NCBI RefSeq assembly: GCF_006345805.1
Contig: NC_043011.1
Coordinates: 17,558,464 to 17,622,463 of the forward strand
Direction: 5' to 3'
Origin: Octopus sinensis
Lineage: Eukaryota
DNA: 64,000 bases
The notes beneath the pieces are model-generated. The model ran no database searches. It was not told where the DNA came from and was given only the letters and a program-made list of their open reading frames with translations. Below are positions 37,560 to 51,469 of the stretch, in pieces (the stretch's first letter is position 1; each line of letters opens with the position of its first letter). Made by a program: the position numbers and the translations under genes.

Positions 37560-37920
37560 AATCATCAATTTTGCTTATACGGCTTTTAAGCACGCAGTCA
37601 CTGACGTTATTACTTTTAGGAATAATAATGTTCTTTTATATTTATAAATCAATTCCCCTGATTCGCTTGTTTCAATGGCGGTCGGGCACTCAAACGAATT
37701 ATGGACATGGTAGCGGTGAATACAGTTAGATATTTTTTGCAGATCTGACTGAAGAGAATCATAGAACTTTGGCGCTAAATTCGAAACCATGATATCAGAT
37801 TAACTGTCATTCCTGCTGCATTATTTACAGAGCTGAGACGCTATTCCTATTAATTAAAATTTTTACCTATCATACCTGTATTAATTTAGTGATTCTTGTG
37901 TGGCTTAGGAGTATTCGCCA
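37560..37920 (-). mobile_element. Inverted copy of the 35509-35920 one-armed MITE derivative
   Basis: Reverse-complement homology across about 350 bp. Confidence 0.7.
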
Positions 37921-38042
37921 TTACCTTCTGCCAGAGCCGCGTAGAGCTTAGGTGTTTCGCTCATAAACACACACGTCGCCCGGTCTGAGATTCGAACCGG
38001 CGATCCCTCGACCGCTGCTCTAACCCCTAGGCCATGCGCCTC
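37921..38042 (-). mobile_element. Family B SINE 5' fragment
   Basis: Reverse complement of the head. Confidence 0.75.
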
Positions 38043-38075
38043 AATACATTAGATATATAAATATAATTATATATA

Positions 38076-38444
38076 CTAGGGTACTACATAAGCACCTGCT
38101 TCGCTACAATTAGAAGTGAAAATACTTCTAAGCCACAGAGAAATCACTAAATTAATTGAGGCATGATAGGAAAAGAAATTTAGCGAATAAGAATAGCGTC
38201 TTACCTCTGCAAAGGTAGATGTCTATTACACATCCGACTGAAGAAATCAAGTGTATCTGGCGCTAAATTCGAAATCACGATATCAGATTAACTGACATTC
38301 CTACTGCATTCTTTGCAGAGCTAAGACGCTATTCTTATTCATTAATTGTTTTTTTCCTATCATGCCTGTATTAATTTAGTGATTATTGTGTGGCTTAGGA
38401 GTATTTTTATTTTTAGTGAAGCAAGTGCTTATGTAGTACCCTGG
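38076..38444. mobile_element. Second 370-bp foldback MITE, opposite internal orientation, TA flanks
   Basis: ta|ctagggtactacataagcac...gtgcttatgtagtaccctgg|ta; TA TSD suggests Tc1/mariner mobilisation. Confidence 0.85.
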
Positions 38445-39939
38445 TATATATAAATATATTTATAGATCTTATAAATAATTATTAATATATAAGGTATCTT
38501 TAGCAAGGATTGTATTTAATTGGGCTATATTGTGCTATAAATGTTGCGATTTGAGCAGATGTTAATTTACATGTAAATTATATAAATGGGATAAAAATAA
38601 TATGAATGTGATATCAAGTCATATTAATACGATTGTGATAAGTTATGTGAATGCTGTATTAAATCATAAGCATAAGATATAATTATGAGAAGTCTTATGA
38701 ATGAGATAAACCAATATATTTTTCTTGTGCATGCGATGAAGACACAAATCTGTAACAGAACGTTGTAAGCGATTTCACAAAGCTCTGTGCATGACTAATA
38801 ATTATTTCATTGATTTTGAGGAGATGAAACACAAAATTGAACCCAAAGGGATTTAAGCTCTTAATGTACAAGAACGTAACTAAAAGCTGGAAGGAGCTTC
38901 ATGAGGTGTACTTTCTCATATCACGCCACTGCTTTTAATCAGTATAACTATAACAATTTTTGACATTGGAAATCAGCCAAACATTTTGAAGAAATGAATA
39001 ACCATGAAATTCACCTAGGTTCATGGCCAGAAATTATTTTATCGATTTATCACAGATGAAAAAGTAGAGTAAACGTTGGGGAAATTCCCTCTCAGGCTAT
39101 AAGTACATGAAACTGAATACCACAAGGTGTTTCGCAGAGAATTCTACCAGTTCTTCTATTGAACTCTTTCCTTAATCAAAACCTATAAAATCTATCAGTG
39201 TATTTATTATATTAGAATGACCTTTAAAACCTGATGATGTTTTCTTTCTCACTTATAACTGCACTACTTTCTGGTAATAGTGGTGGTGGATGAGACAAAG
39301 GCGACGACGATGACGATGATGATAATGATGACGATGACAACGATGACTACAATTACGACGATGAAGAGGAAGAAGGAGAGTAGCGTAAATCTAATTATGG
39401 TGATGATGACATCAAAGTGATAATGAGAATGATGATGATGATGATGATGATAAGGAGGATGTGGATGTTGATGATGGTGATGATAATGGTGTGGTGGCGA
39501 TTACGATCATGAGAGGGGGGACAATTTTTTACAGGGTGAACTTTTACAGAGGTAATGATGGTATAGTGATGGCGAAGGTACTAGCTACGATGATGAAAAT
39601 GAGAGTGCTGCTGCTAATAATGATGACGACGGCGATGTTAAAAGAAAAGACAAGAGATCAACTCATTTGATGAGTTAACAAACTGTTATTGCATTGCCTT
39701 ATGAATATTATAGAGTTAAACTGAAAATGAAATTTAATCTTTCATTCAGACAGGACTCAAAAAGATGAATAGATTAGTGAAATAAATTGCAATATGTTGG
39801 TGTCCTGTAAACTCTTTTCTTAGATGAAAAGAAGCAAAGTTAAATATATGAGATATATTTACAAAACAAACTGTCATTTTCTTCATTTTTGTAGGAGTTT
39901 TATTTTCTTATTTATTTCTATTACGTATTTTTACTGTTT

Positions 39940-40035
39940 CTTTGTATTCATATATATATATATATAAAGATACATATATATGCATATATATATATATATA
40001 TATAATATATATATATATAAGATACATATATATGC

Positions 40036-40069
<34 letters not shown>

Positions 40070-40106
40070 GTATATATATGTATATATATATATATTATAT
40101 ATATAT

Positions 40107-40168
<62 letters not shown>

Positions 40169-40175
40169 CACACAC

Positions 40176-40233
<58 letters not shown>

Positions 40234-40255
40234 AACACACACACATATATATATT
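39940..40255. repeat. (TA)n microsatellite
   Basis: Directly visible. Confidence 0.95.
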
Positions 40256-41451
40256 AAAAGTCATATACTTTTCATAAGTCTGGTTTCGTATATCGACAAG
40301 TTCTCTGCCAAAACAAGCAAATAGTGTTAACAGGATGAGTAGACTAATATAAAATACTTATTTACAGAATTGTGGTTCTTATTATTGATACCATTTTTAT
40401 CATTTTCTATTGAAGGTAAAGATGAGTGTTTGAAATACCTAACCATGTGTAACATGCATTTGAATATAGTTATAGTAACTTAGGCCAACAAGAAAAGATT
40501 CATTGTGTGAAATAACATCATCTACAGAATACATAAAAACATAATAAATTATTAAATTACATTCGTATCCCAAAATATGTACTATTGTGTAGGTAGTGTT
40601 ATACAATGAAATATTGAAATATAACCAATACTAAGAGACATCGGTGCTGAGACAACCAAGGAGAATGCTTTGTACAATGTTTGACCTTTTCAGAATTCTC
40701 ACCTCGACAGATTTCCTATAATTTTTAGAAGAACAGGATTATATGTTTTAGCTGTAATATTTGCTAGGAGAGAATGACTCTGTATTGAGTAATAGATTAA
40801 AATTGTTGCTAGCTGTCTCCAAGACATATGTTTGGTCACTGAGAAGTAAAAGACCTGCGGCAATGAGAGAGGGTTCCCGAAATAAACTCCTTGAAATAAG
40901 TCGTAATTTTACTGAATCCTGGATTGATAAAAGACTAAGTGAAACCTGGGGTGAAAGGGACTCTCCACCCTATCATACAGCCTGGTAGAAATAGAAGCTA
41001 AATATACCTCAGTTAAAACTGCACAATCAGTAAAAATGGAAAGACATATGTGATCCTAGATACCTTAAAAAAATAACTGTAATATAAGCGATCATATGTC
41101 TACGGAATTCAAGATGGACGTTGGGCTAAATAACAATAGCTTCTTCATATCTCTACTACGTAGCCCGTTTTATTTATTGAAAATGAGAGAGAGAAAGGTG
41201 GGGATTGTCTTTGGATACTAAATACTGTGCTACATATGTAATTTTAAGTCATCATTTGCAGGACAGAAATGATACAGTAAAATTTGTATAACATTGAAAA
41301 AGAAAATTATGTAGCTCGTTAGCCAAATTTGCAATGTGGGAACCATTTTCTTTCACCTGATTGTATTTTTATATTATTCATACGCTTTTAAGTATGTAAT
41401 ATTTGTCATATTACACGTAGATACACTTTTAACTGCGTATCACCTATAAGC

Positions 41452-41925
41452 GCAGGCATAGCTGTGTGATAAAAAGCTTGCTGCCAGACCACACGGATCT
41501 GGGTTGAGTCCCACAGCGTGGCACCTTGGGTAGGTGTCTTCTACTATAGCCCAGACCAGAGCTTTGTGAGTGGATTCAGTTGACAGAAACGGAAAGAAGT
41601 CAATATGTAGACAGAAACTGAAAGAAGACTATATGTGTGTGTGTGTGGGTTCTCTACGTGTGTGTGTTTGTATGGGTATATGTATGAGTATGTATGTGTG
41701 TGTGTCTTTGTGTCCATGATCGTACTCTCACAACTACTTGATAACTAGTGTTGGTGAGTTTATGTCCCCATAACTTAGTGGGTTGGTAAAAAAACCCAAC
41801 AGAATAAGTACTAGGCTTAAAAGAAATTAGTACTGGGGACGGTTTGCTAGACTAAATCCCTTCAAGGCGGGATCCCAGCATGGCCGCAGTCAAATGACTG
41901 AAACAAGTAAAAGATAAAAGATATA
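41452..41925 (+). mobile_element. Family C SINE
   Basis: Head gcgcaggcatagctgtgtg..., tail gactgaaacaagtaaaagataaaag. Confidence 0.85.
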
Positions 41926-43084
41926 AATTAGAACAACCTTTTGGCATTAGCAAAATTAACGCAAGCAATTACGTACCTTTCCCATTAACAAAGCAGCAGA
42001 TTGTGACAACGAAGTGAGTTATCTAGCAGCTAAAATGCCACGCTTACAATGCCTCTTAGTAAGGTACAAAGTAATCATGCTTACAACATTTAGTTCTGGC
42101 TCTCTTCATTCTGAATTTAAATAATACCAGAGATGGGTTTGTTCTCCTTTCTTTAGGTGACGATACAATAAATAGCAGTAATATGACAGGGCATTTCGGT
42201 CAAGGAGAGGGGCTAACATTACTGCACCAGACAAAATACTTCATAGCACTTTTTCCAAATCTATGTTCTGTTCAAATGCCACCAGGAGCGATTTCACTTT
42301 TAATCTTTTCGGGGTCGATAATATGAGTCCCAGTTCAGCACTGGAGGCAATGTAACTGACTTATCTCATACTCTGAAATTTCTAAGGCAGCAAGCTAGTA
42401 GAATCCTTATTGCACAGGACAATATGCTTTGAGCCATTTCTTCCAATTTTACATTCTGAGTTCAAATGCCACCATGGTCAGCGTTGCTTTTCATCCTTTC
42501 AGGGTCGATAGAATAAGTCCCACCCGATCACTGGGGTTCATGTAATCGATTTGCCCTATTGACCCCGAAATTGCTGACCTTGTGCTAACATCTGATAACA
42601 GTATTATTTTCTATTTCCTTTCCCATTTTATTACTAGTTTCTAAGGACATGTTCAAGTATTATAACCCATTCAAAAAAGAACCATTATTGCGTATGAAAA
42701 GCAATGCAGATATATGTCTTGCAAAGGTGATATTTTAACTCGGTAACATTATACTAAAGTGGATGGATTTGTGAAAAGCTAATGATAAGTCTACCGTTTT
42801 CTATCGCATAGAAACTACTGTATTCTCCTCGTCTGGAAATACAATATAATAATGTTCTCTATTGTGTATTGTAAGCAAAATTTGATGAATATGTCTATCT
42901 GCTGTTCTAGAGTTTTGTCTCTTTCTAATGTGCTATCCTGTATATAATTTGGATGCGTACAATATGAGTAGGTTTCAGGTATGAAAGTATGGTTGCTTTT
43001 CAAGTATGTTGTTCTGAGTTCAGTCTTACTATTCTGTGCGTAGGGAAAGTGTCTTCTACTAAATAAATTCTGCAGCATGTTGTG

Positions 43085-43268
43085 AGAACTATTAGCATTC
43101 TGGACAAAATGTTTAGCAGCATTTTGTCTGTTTTTACGTTCCGCTGAGATCGACATTGCCCTTCATCCATTCAGGGTCGATGAAATAAGTACCAATTGAA
43201 CACTAGAGTCGTCGTAATCAAATAGATCCCTCTACCAATATTTCAGGCCTTGTGGCCTATAGTAGAGA
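43085..43268 (+). mobile_element. Diverged family A SINE
   Basis: ttcatccattcagggtcgatgaaataagtacc core. Confidence 0.6.
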
Positions 43269-43269
43269 G

Positions 43270-43445
43270 CTTCTTCTTCTTCTTCTTCTTCTTCTTCTTC
43301 TTTTTCTTCTTCTTCTCCTTCTTCTTCTTCTTCTTCTTCTTCTTCTTCTTCTCTCCTCCTCCTCCTTCTTCTTTTTCTTCTTCTTCTTCTCTCCTCCTCC
43401 TCCTTCTTCTTTATCTCCTCCCCCCCCTCCTTCATTTTCTTCTTC
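43270..43445. repeat. (CTT)n/(CCT)n microsatellite
   Basis: Directly visible. Confidence 0.95.
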
Positions 43446-43814
43446 TTTGCTGCGGAATACTTACTCTGAGTAAGCCCTGTTTAAAATTATTGTTTTATTG
43501 TAATTTGTTACTAAGAATACCAAGAATCTTTTAGCTGGTGGTCTTTTGTTGTTTAGTCAGGATCTTTGTGGTTTTCATGACTGTTTACAATTTTGTTCCA
43601 ATTGTTTTCACATTTGATATATGGATTAAGTTCAGTATACTAGTTACGAAATTGAAATTCATTTTCCCTATAAATTCATAATTAAAAATATATTAGCTTT
43701 TTAAATTTGCACACCACAGTGGCGAAAAGTTTTATTCCAATATTAACTAAAGCAAAGAAGCACCACATGTTGTATAGCTAATTGTGAAGAACTGTTTCCA
43801 CAGTGACCAAAGAC

Positions 43815-43960
43815 GCTGCGGCGCATGCGCACAAAAAGGAGAAAGAGATAAAGATGATTTATTTTATAAAATTCTAGTTTAATGTTTTGACATGCCGATG
43901 TCCCCTTCCCATTGATGATGGAAGAGATAACGAACGTGTTGTTTTTTGATTGGCTGAAAA
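43815..43960. promoter_or_regulatory. Candidate regulatory element (NRF1-type palindrome plus CCAAT box)
   Basis: gcgcatgcgc at 43821-43830 and tgattggctg at 43947-43956 in non-repetitive sequence; motif match only. Confidence 0.25.
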
Positions 43961-44577
43961 CCTTGAAAATGATCAAACTTTGAATGGCTGTAACATTTTT
44001 GCAAAATTTTTCTGGAATAAATGAATAACAAATTCGGAGTCAGCGTCAAAAATTACATCTATATGATACAGTAAATATGTTTTTGTAGACAGTCACTTCA
44101 GCCACCAAGAGCCTTAAGTCGTGTAAGTGGTAATATGTTGTTTCGCAAAAAATGCTCGGTTGGTGTTTGAGAAAAAATATACACATATAAGATGGTGACA
44201 ATAATGGCCAATGTAAAAGCAATCAAAAGCAATCAAAAAGAGGAGTCTTCCTCCCACCAGTCCTCTTACACTTGATGACATTCCTCCGTTGCCTTCACTT
44301 TTGCTTTCTCATTCCCCTTGAGAGAAGTATGTAAGACAACAGGGTGTGATGATGGGATCAACGTTAACAATAACATTATAGAAAGCTATGTGAAGGGAAT
44401 GAGTTTACGGAGATGGATACAGCTTAAACTCCATCGTGCGTAACGGTGGCAGCAATAGTGGAAACAACTGTGTTTCTTACGATAGCTATAACAGTGACAG
44501 TAGTAAAAGCGACAGTAGTAGCGGTGGCGGTGGTAGTGGCAGCATTGAAAGCAACAGTAGCAGCAGCAGTAGCAAGT

Positions 44578-44760
44578 GGAGGCGCAATGGCCCAATGGTT
44601 AGGGCAGCGGACTCGCGGTCGGAGGATCGTGGTTTCGATCGGGCGTTGTGTGTGTTTATTGAGCGAAAACACCTAAAAGCACCATGAGGCTCCGGCAGGG
44701 GGTGGTGGCGACCCCTGTTGTACTCTTTCGCTCCAACTTTCTCTCACTCTTTCTTCCTGC
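44578..44760 (+). mobile_element. Family B SINE
   Basis: gaggcgcaatggcccaatggttagggcagcggactcgcggtc head. Confidence 0.85.
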
Positions 44761-45031
44761 TTCTTGTCCCCGACTTCCTACACAACCGCTGAGCATGGAT
44801 GCGCATTCATCCATCCGTCGATGCTCTCGGTGTCGGGTATTGACCTGCTTTCTCTTCTGCGGGTCTTACGAATAGTAAAGGACCACGTTTCGGACTTCTC
44901 CCAAGAAGACGAAGACCGCTTCGCTCAACAAACAAACAAACAAACAAACAAAGCAGCAGCGGCAGCAGTAGAAGCGCGGGTCAGGTGTGATTGGAAAGAA
45001 CAAAGCGGAAGAAGACCGCAGAGGGAAGCGA

Positions 45032-45088
45032 ACTGCTTCACCATCGATATATGGCAGGAAATCTGCCATATATCGATGGCGAAGCAGT
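45032..45088. other. Near-perfect 57-nt hairpin
   Basis: actgcttc-a-ccatcgatatatggcag [gaaat] ctgccatatatcgatgg-c-gaagcagt: 17 bp plus 8 bp around one mismatch. Confidence 0.9.
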
Positions 45089-45827
45089 ACACTCTGTATC
45101 GAAGTCTTATTTGAGTTGAGGCAGTGGCAACCCAACATTCTGTGGCTGTCCGCCGCAGCGAAGAATTCATATTATCTTCATGTATACAAAGAAGGGCGAA
45201 GGAAATTACCATACAATACATGCCACCAGAATTAGATTTGTGGTGAATTCTTTCTTGGGTGGTATTGGATGACAGTAAAACTCACCTGGAGGTCAAGCGA
45301 TCAGGAGGGAGAACTGGTCTGGGATCACACTAGAGGTGCTCCTCCATGTAAATCCAGGCCAGCTGGAGAGAATCGCATACCTGATCTGCCTGCCGAATGG
45401 AACAAATTTGTGAGCATGTTAGGGCAGACGACGGAGATGCCATGTCTGTGATATGAAGGACCATCACAGCAAAAACAAAAGTGGAGAAAAGAGGGTCCCA
45501 CGGCTGATAGCACCGTTACTGCTACAACAAGAAATGGCAAAAGATGAAGCAATAACAGCAAGTGTGACTAATGCCACACATGGAAAAATCACACCACGAA
45601 AATCCTCAACACCAACCATCAGAGAAACGGTGGCTCCATGGCAGCAGCCGCAGTATCAGAAATAGTAGGAGCAGCAATGATAACAGTCCTAACAGCACCT
45701 CCACCATCCTCACTACTATCATCGATGGAATATCGGCAAAGATGATCTCCATAGGTGTTCCTCAATACTCCTCGCCATTTCCTCTTCTCTCAAACACACG
45801 CTTACGCATAGACACCCACATAAACAC

Positions 45828-45900
45828 ATGTCTCTTAAGGTCTCTGGGTGAGACTTGGAGCCAACTTGTACAAATGTAAAAGCAAAAGTCAAACAGAGAA
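45828..45900 (+). mobile_element. R4/Dong 3' UTR terminus followed by (AAT)n
   Basis: gtctct.gaggtctctgggtgagacttggag.caacttgtacaaat.taaa.gcaaaagtcaaaca nearly identical to 33740-33810. Confidence 0.85.
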
Positions 45901-45914
45901 TAATAATAATAATA

Positions 45915-45962
<48 letters not shown>

Positions 45963-46879
45963 TAATCATCATCATCATCATCATCATCATCAGCATCATC
46001 ATCATTATTATTATTATTATTGTTATTATTATTATTATTATTATTAGTAGTAGTAGTAGTAGTAATAGTAGTAGTCACATCCTAGTTGTTTTTGTCTTCT
46101 AGTATTCTAAACATACTTAATAAAGTGTGTTTATATTTAGCCACTTATTTGAAACACAGCAATCAATCATATTGTTAGTTTTTATCCCTTTCTAATTTCT
46201 TCTTCAAAATAATATAAATTTCAGTCATATGATTTTCATAGTGGCTGAATAAAGCAAAAACAAAAAAAAAAAAGATACAAAACATAAATTATAAAATCAA
46301 TCTCTATCTATGTAAATAAGAATATTACTAATGCCACTAAATTGTTTTAAATCAATTAGGAATTAACTATTTATGTCTGCATCAACTAAGAAAACAATAT
46401 CAGAGCATCAAAATATTTTGTAAATTTGGGCTATGAAAATATAATGAAAATTTAAGTACTATAAATACGTCTTACTTCAGTGAACCAGAAAATACCTTTA
46501 GTATAGTTGACCTCATAAATAATCACTTCCTACTGTTATTTCAGAATTTACTATATAGAATCGACTCCATTTGGCATTGATGCTGTTGATCTGAGGTTGG
46601 GCATTTATTTCATAATTCGTATGTAATCTAATTTGTGAGGATTTAAAATTATTGTGAGTGGATGTTAATCAGTTAATTAATTAGAATACTACAAGTGATT
46701 GGATCGTTTTAATTACTCTTTAGAATAATATCTGTTTCAGATATATCGTTGGATGTTAGAACAACCATATTGAAAAATTAAGCGGATGATACCAAGATGT
46801 AAGTAAAGAAACAAAATTCTTGAAGCTTTCAAAAGTATCTCAACGCCATCGTCAAGAATATTTCGAAAGCAATATTTAG

Positions 46880-47260
46880 GGGGCAGGCGTGGTTGTGTGG
46901 TAAAACGTTTGCTTTCCAGCCACACGGTTCCGGTGGTTCATTCCCACTGTGTGGTATCTTGGGCAAGTGTCTTCTACTATAACCTTGGGCTGACCAAAGA
47001 CTTGTCTGTGGATTTGGTAGACGGAAACCTAAAGATGCGCGTTTGTGTGTGTGTATGTCTGTATGTCTCTGTTTGTCACACCATCACCCCTAGACAACCG
47101 CGGTTGGTGTAGTTACGTCCTCGTAACTTATTAATTCGGCAGTAGATGCCGATAGAGTAAGTATCAGTCTAAACAGAAAATAATTACTGAGGTTGATTCA
47201 TTCAAGTAAAAAGACCTGCAAGGCGGTGCTCCAGCCTGGCTGAATCAAGGAAACTATAGG
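46880..47260 (+). mobile_element. Family C SINE
   Basis: Conserved head, core and tail. Confidence 0.8.
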
Positions 47261-48105
47261 AGATAAAATCATATATCACACGTGGAAGAGCCAAAGAGTT
47301 TCCCAAGCCACATATACATGTCCAAAAGAAAAACTGGAATTTCCTTGGTGACCTCTCTAGTACATAAGCACCCACCACTCTCCATAGCATTAGAAGGGTC
47401 AGCTTGACGTAGTCTGGTTCGTTGGCCTATCCAATCTATGCCAGCATGGAAAGCTGACGTTAATTCATGATGATTATGTCCGCGTACCTGTCTGTCTGTC
47501 TGTATGTATGTATGTATAGATACATACTTACATAAATACATACGTACACACGCACACACACACACGTATGTATATTTGTACATTGTATTTTTTCAGGAAG
47601 AACATTGAGAGGCTCTTCGTAGTTTCGGTCTGCTAGTTTCCATTAGACTGGTGGTTTTGAGTGCTAGTTAGAACTATGTTTAAAATTAAAAGAACATTAT
47701 ATATACAGCAGTTAAGAAATAGAAAGAAGGCAATTATTTTCAGGTGATCAGGGAAATAACTATAGAATGAAACTACGACAAATGCCACAAAGTGAGTATT
47801 ATCCATCTTAGTTTAAGACTTGAAGATTAAGACTTGAGAATCAAGTAAATTATTCTCATCTCAAATCACAAATCAACAAGAGAACCAAATTGAATGGCAT
47901 GAAATGCCCTTTTTGGAAATACCTAACTCGATTTTCTTCCGTGTTTTCTTTTTATTTCAACCTGAAATGAGGAATCTTTTTCGAAATATCAAGGGATAAA
48001 AAGAAATTATAGAACGCAAAGAAAATCTTTGCTATGTTTTCTCATTTATGGGTATTATTTCATATAATTTCTGAATTATATGAAATAATTTATTTCACAC
48101 ACACA

Positions 48106-48154
<49 letters not shown>

Positions 48155-48269
48155 TATACACACACACGAACACATATACACAGATACACATAAAACGCAC
48201 ACACTCACACACACCACACACATAATATATAATATGGTGGAAAACGTTTGTGATAAGAAGTGTATGAGG

Positions 48270-48454
48270 AGAAATTTACTTCCCTACCATCACATGGTTC
48301 CGAGTTTAGTCCTATTGGGCAAGTGTCTTCTATTATAGTCTCGGGTCGACCAAAGCTTTCTGAGTGTATCTGGTAGACGAAAACTGAAAGAAGCATGTGT
48401 ACATACCTACCTACCTACCTACATACAAGCATACATACATACATACATACACAC

Positions 48455-48500
<46 letters not shown>

Positions 48501-48990
48501 ACACACACACACACCTATATATATATATATATATGTGCGTTTGTGTGTGCGTGAGTATATGCCTTTGTATTTGTTCCTTACCTGTTTCTTTATTACCCAC
48601 AAGGGGCTACACACAGAGGGGACAAACAAGGACAGACAAACGGATTAAGTGCATAACTGGTACTTATTTAATCGACCCCGAAAGGATGAAAGGCAAAGTC
48701 GACCTTGGCGGAATTTGAACTCAGAACATAGCGGCAGACGAAATACCTCTAAGCATTTCGACGAATGTGCTAACGATTCTGCCAGCTCACCGCCTTATTT
48801 GTTCCCTACCATCACTTGACAACCGGTGTTGGTGTATTTACGTCCACGGCTCTGCAAAAGAGAGCGAGAGAATAACTACCGGGCTTAAAAATTTTATGTA
48901 CGGGGTCGATTCATTCGACAACAAAAATCCTCAAGGCAGTGCCCCAGCATGGTCGTAGTCTAATCACTTGAACAAGTGAAAGATAAAAAG
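48270..48990 (+). mobile_element. Family C SINE split by microsatellites and a nested family A SINE
   Basis: 5' half at 48270-48400, 3' half at 48800-48990. Confidence 0.75.
48585..48798 (-). mobile_element. Family A SINE nested in the family C copy
   Basis: Reverse-complement family A motifs. Confidence 0.85.
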
Positions 48991-48999
48991 TAATATTTA

Positions 49000-49034
<35 letters not shown>

Positions 49035-49320
49035 ATAGAAAGTGAGTTCGCATACTTGTAGCACGTAACACTGCAAACACAGACAAGATTTCCTTTCACA
49101 CTTGAATGTAAATTAATTTTGAGAGTGAAATTCCTAATTTATTGCAATTATCTCCAGCTTTTTTTGAGACTTACCGACAACTGCTTCAAGTTATTCGCTC
49201 GCTGCGTTTAAGGAAGCGGAAAATTTCAATTAATTAAAAACGTTTTACACGCATGTAGACACAAGAAAAGGTTATATACAAAGTGTGTGTGTGTGTGTGT
49301 GTGTGCGTGCATTTGTGAGG

Positions 49321-49334
<14 letters not shown>

Positions 49335-49355
<21 letters not shown>

Positions 49356-49500
49356 GGGTAGATAGATAGAAGGAGAGAGAGTGTGGGGTAGATAGATAAA
49401 AGGAGAGAGAGAGAGGGACAGATAAATAGAAGGAGAGAGAGAGGGGTAGATAGATAGAAGGAGAGAGAGAGAGGGGTAGATAAAAAGAAGGAGAGACAAA
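49335..49500. repeat. About 28-30-bp purine minisatellite (gagagagaggggtagatagatagaag) x5
   Basis: Directly visible. Confidence 0.85.
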
Positions 49501-49694
49501 GAGAGAGAGAAGCAGGTAGTACATATAAAATAATCTCTGTCGAATGTCGGGAATGAAAACCTGTGTTTTGACCCGAAGAATCTCTGCAGTGAGCCAATTT
49601 TATTCCACAAATGTCCCTAGCCTTCCTTATATTCGTAAGTAGACACAGACACACAGAAACGCACATACACTCATATACACACGCATATACATAC

Positions 49695-49730
<36 letters not shown>

Positions 49731-49731
<1 letters not shown>

Positions 49732-50105
49732 CGAGAAAAACACCCCCCGTCCAGTAGACGGTGCTGAGTTGTCACACATTTAAACCAAATTTTCTGAAAA
49801 CAACTTGTCCGACCGTCCCATAGGCCTCTCCTTTGAGAAACACTGATATAAGCTAAATTTGAAACACCGGCAAAAGAAGAAATAAAGATAGACTTTCTTT
49901 TTAGTCCAAGAAAAACGATTTTACAAATGTACGTTCCAAGAGCTTTATCTCACCTGCAATTTATTTTTGTAATTTTTTGAAGACTTTTACACGGCCTGAT
50001 ACAGTCGGTATCTACATATCAAATTTGAACACAATCGGATGGAGGATGCCCGAGATCATAGAAGACACACACACAGACAGACAGAACGGATTTTATATAA
50101 TATAT
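49731..50105 (+). mobile_element. Helitron/Helentron-like non-autonomous repeat, copy 2
   Basis: Ends homologous to 56-600; different internal segment. Confidence 0.45.
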
Positions 50106-50299
50106 ACACACACAAATGTGTTTATGAGTTCACATTTATCTTATTTGTAAAGCTGGTAGAAAAATACTGATTGGAAGTAGGCAGAACGAAATTAGTCGAA
50201 TAACATTTATTCGAAGCTGAATCTGTTTTAGTCATTCCAACGGAATTGTCATTCTCTTTTTTATACGCACATACACACACACATACACACACACACACA

Positions 50300-50343
<44 letters not shown>

Positions 50344-51469
50344 ATGTGATTGTGTTCGTGAACGCACGTGTGCGTTCAAAACGTTTTAGACACATGAAAA
50401 TGTACACACACACACACACACACACACACATTCACACAAAAACACACATATGTATACATATTCATGTGTATGTCTATTTTTGAGTGTTTATAGTTGTGTG
50501 TATATGTAGCTATAAGTGTGTACAGGTGTGCGTATCATTCTTAATTAACTGAAATTTTTCGCTTTGTTAAAGATAGAAATCGAATAAATTTCAATTGTTA
50601 GCAAATCTCCCCCCCCCCAAAGCAGAGATAATTGTAATAAATTAATAATTACCCCCTGAGGTATAATTCCCATCGAATGACGGTGGCATGTCGCATCTTT
50701 GTTTGCAGTTACGGTACAAACATACACATCCTTAGGTCTCTTATTAAGTTCTGGGAAACCAAAGCAAGCCAAAAGTCACCTGATGCCTGCTAAGATTCAT
50801 TGTGTGAATGACTTCTTTTCATACGAATTAACCTTGAGTGGTATCTCTGAATTCTTTTGAATTACGTCGCTACTTTTTTTTTGTGAGGTGATAACAATTA
50901 CTGCTAAGACTACAGTTCTTATTTATTAGCAATTTAATTGCGTAGACCATTTTTTTGTACATCTTTAAAGCGCATGCGCACTCATCCACGCACACATACG
51001 CGCCCAAACCCACACACGCGTGTGCGCTCGAACGACAGCACACATGTTCAATCATGTGGATGATGATAAATTCATCATCATCATCATCATCATCACCATC
51101 ATCATCACAGCATCATCATCATCATCACAGCATCATCATCACAGCATCATCATGATCATCATCATCACCATCATTGTATGAAGCATCATAAATATCTGCA
51201 AGACCTTGTTGAGAGAGAGAGAGAGAAAGAGAGAGACAGAGATAGAGGGATTAACGTTAATTTACCATTTGAACGTTGCATGTGTATGGGGACATTATGC
51301 CATTCATCTCAGTGATGTTCCTTCTTAAATTTGTATGATATTGTGCATTTAACTAGTAATTCACTATTTTGTTTAGTACAAGCAAGTATAGCTATATGAT
51401 GACATCTCATAAGACGGAAATATATCCAGAGTTGTCTTCCAGCATGCTAAAAATAATGAAAATAATATT

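Noticed and set aside
44878-44915. ..hairpin-tccGAAACGTGGTC on the minus strand, resembling a hammerhead 3' half
   Set aside because: No CUGANGA (or U3:A8 equivalent) upstream of the hairpin.
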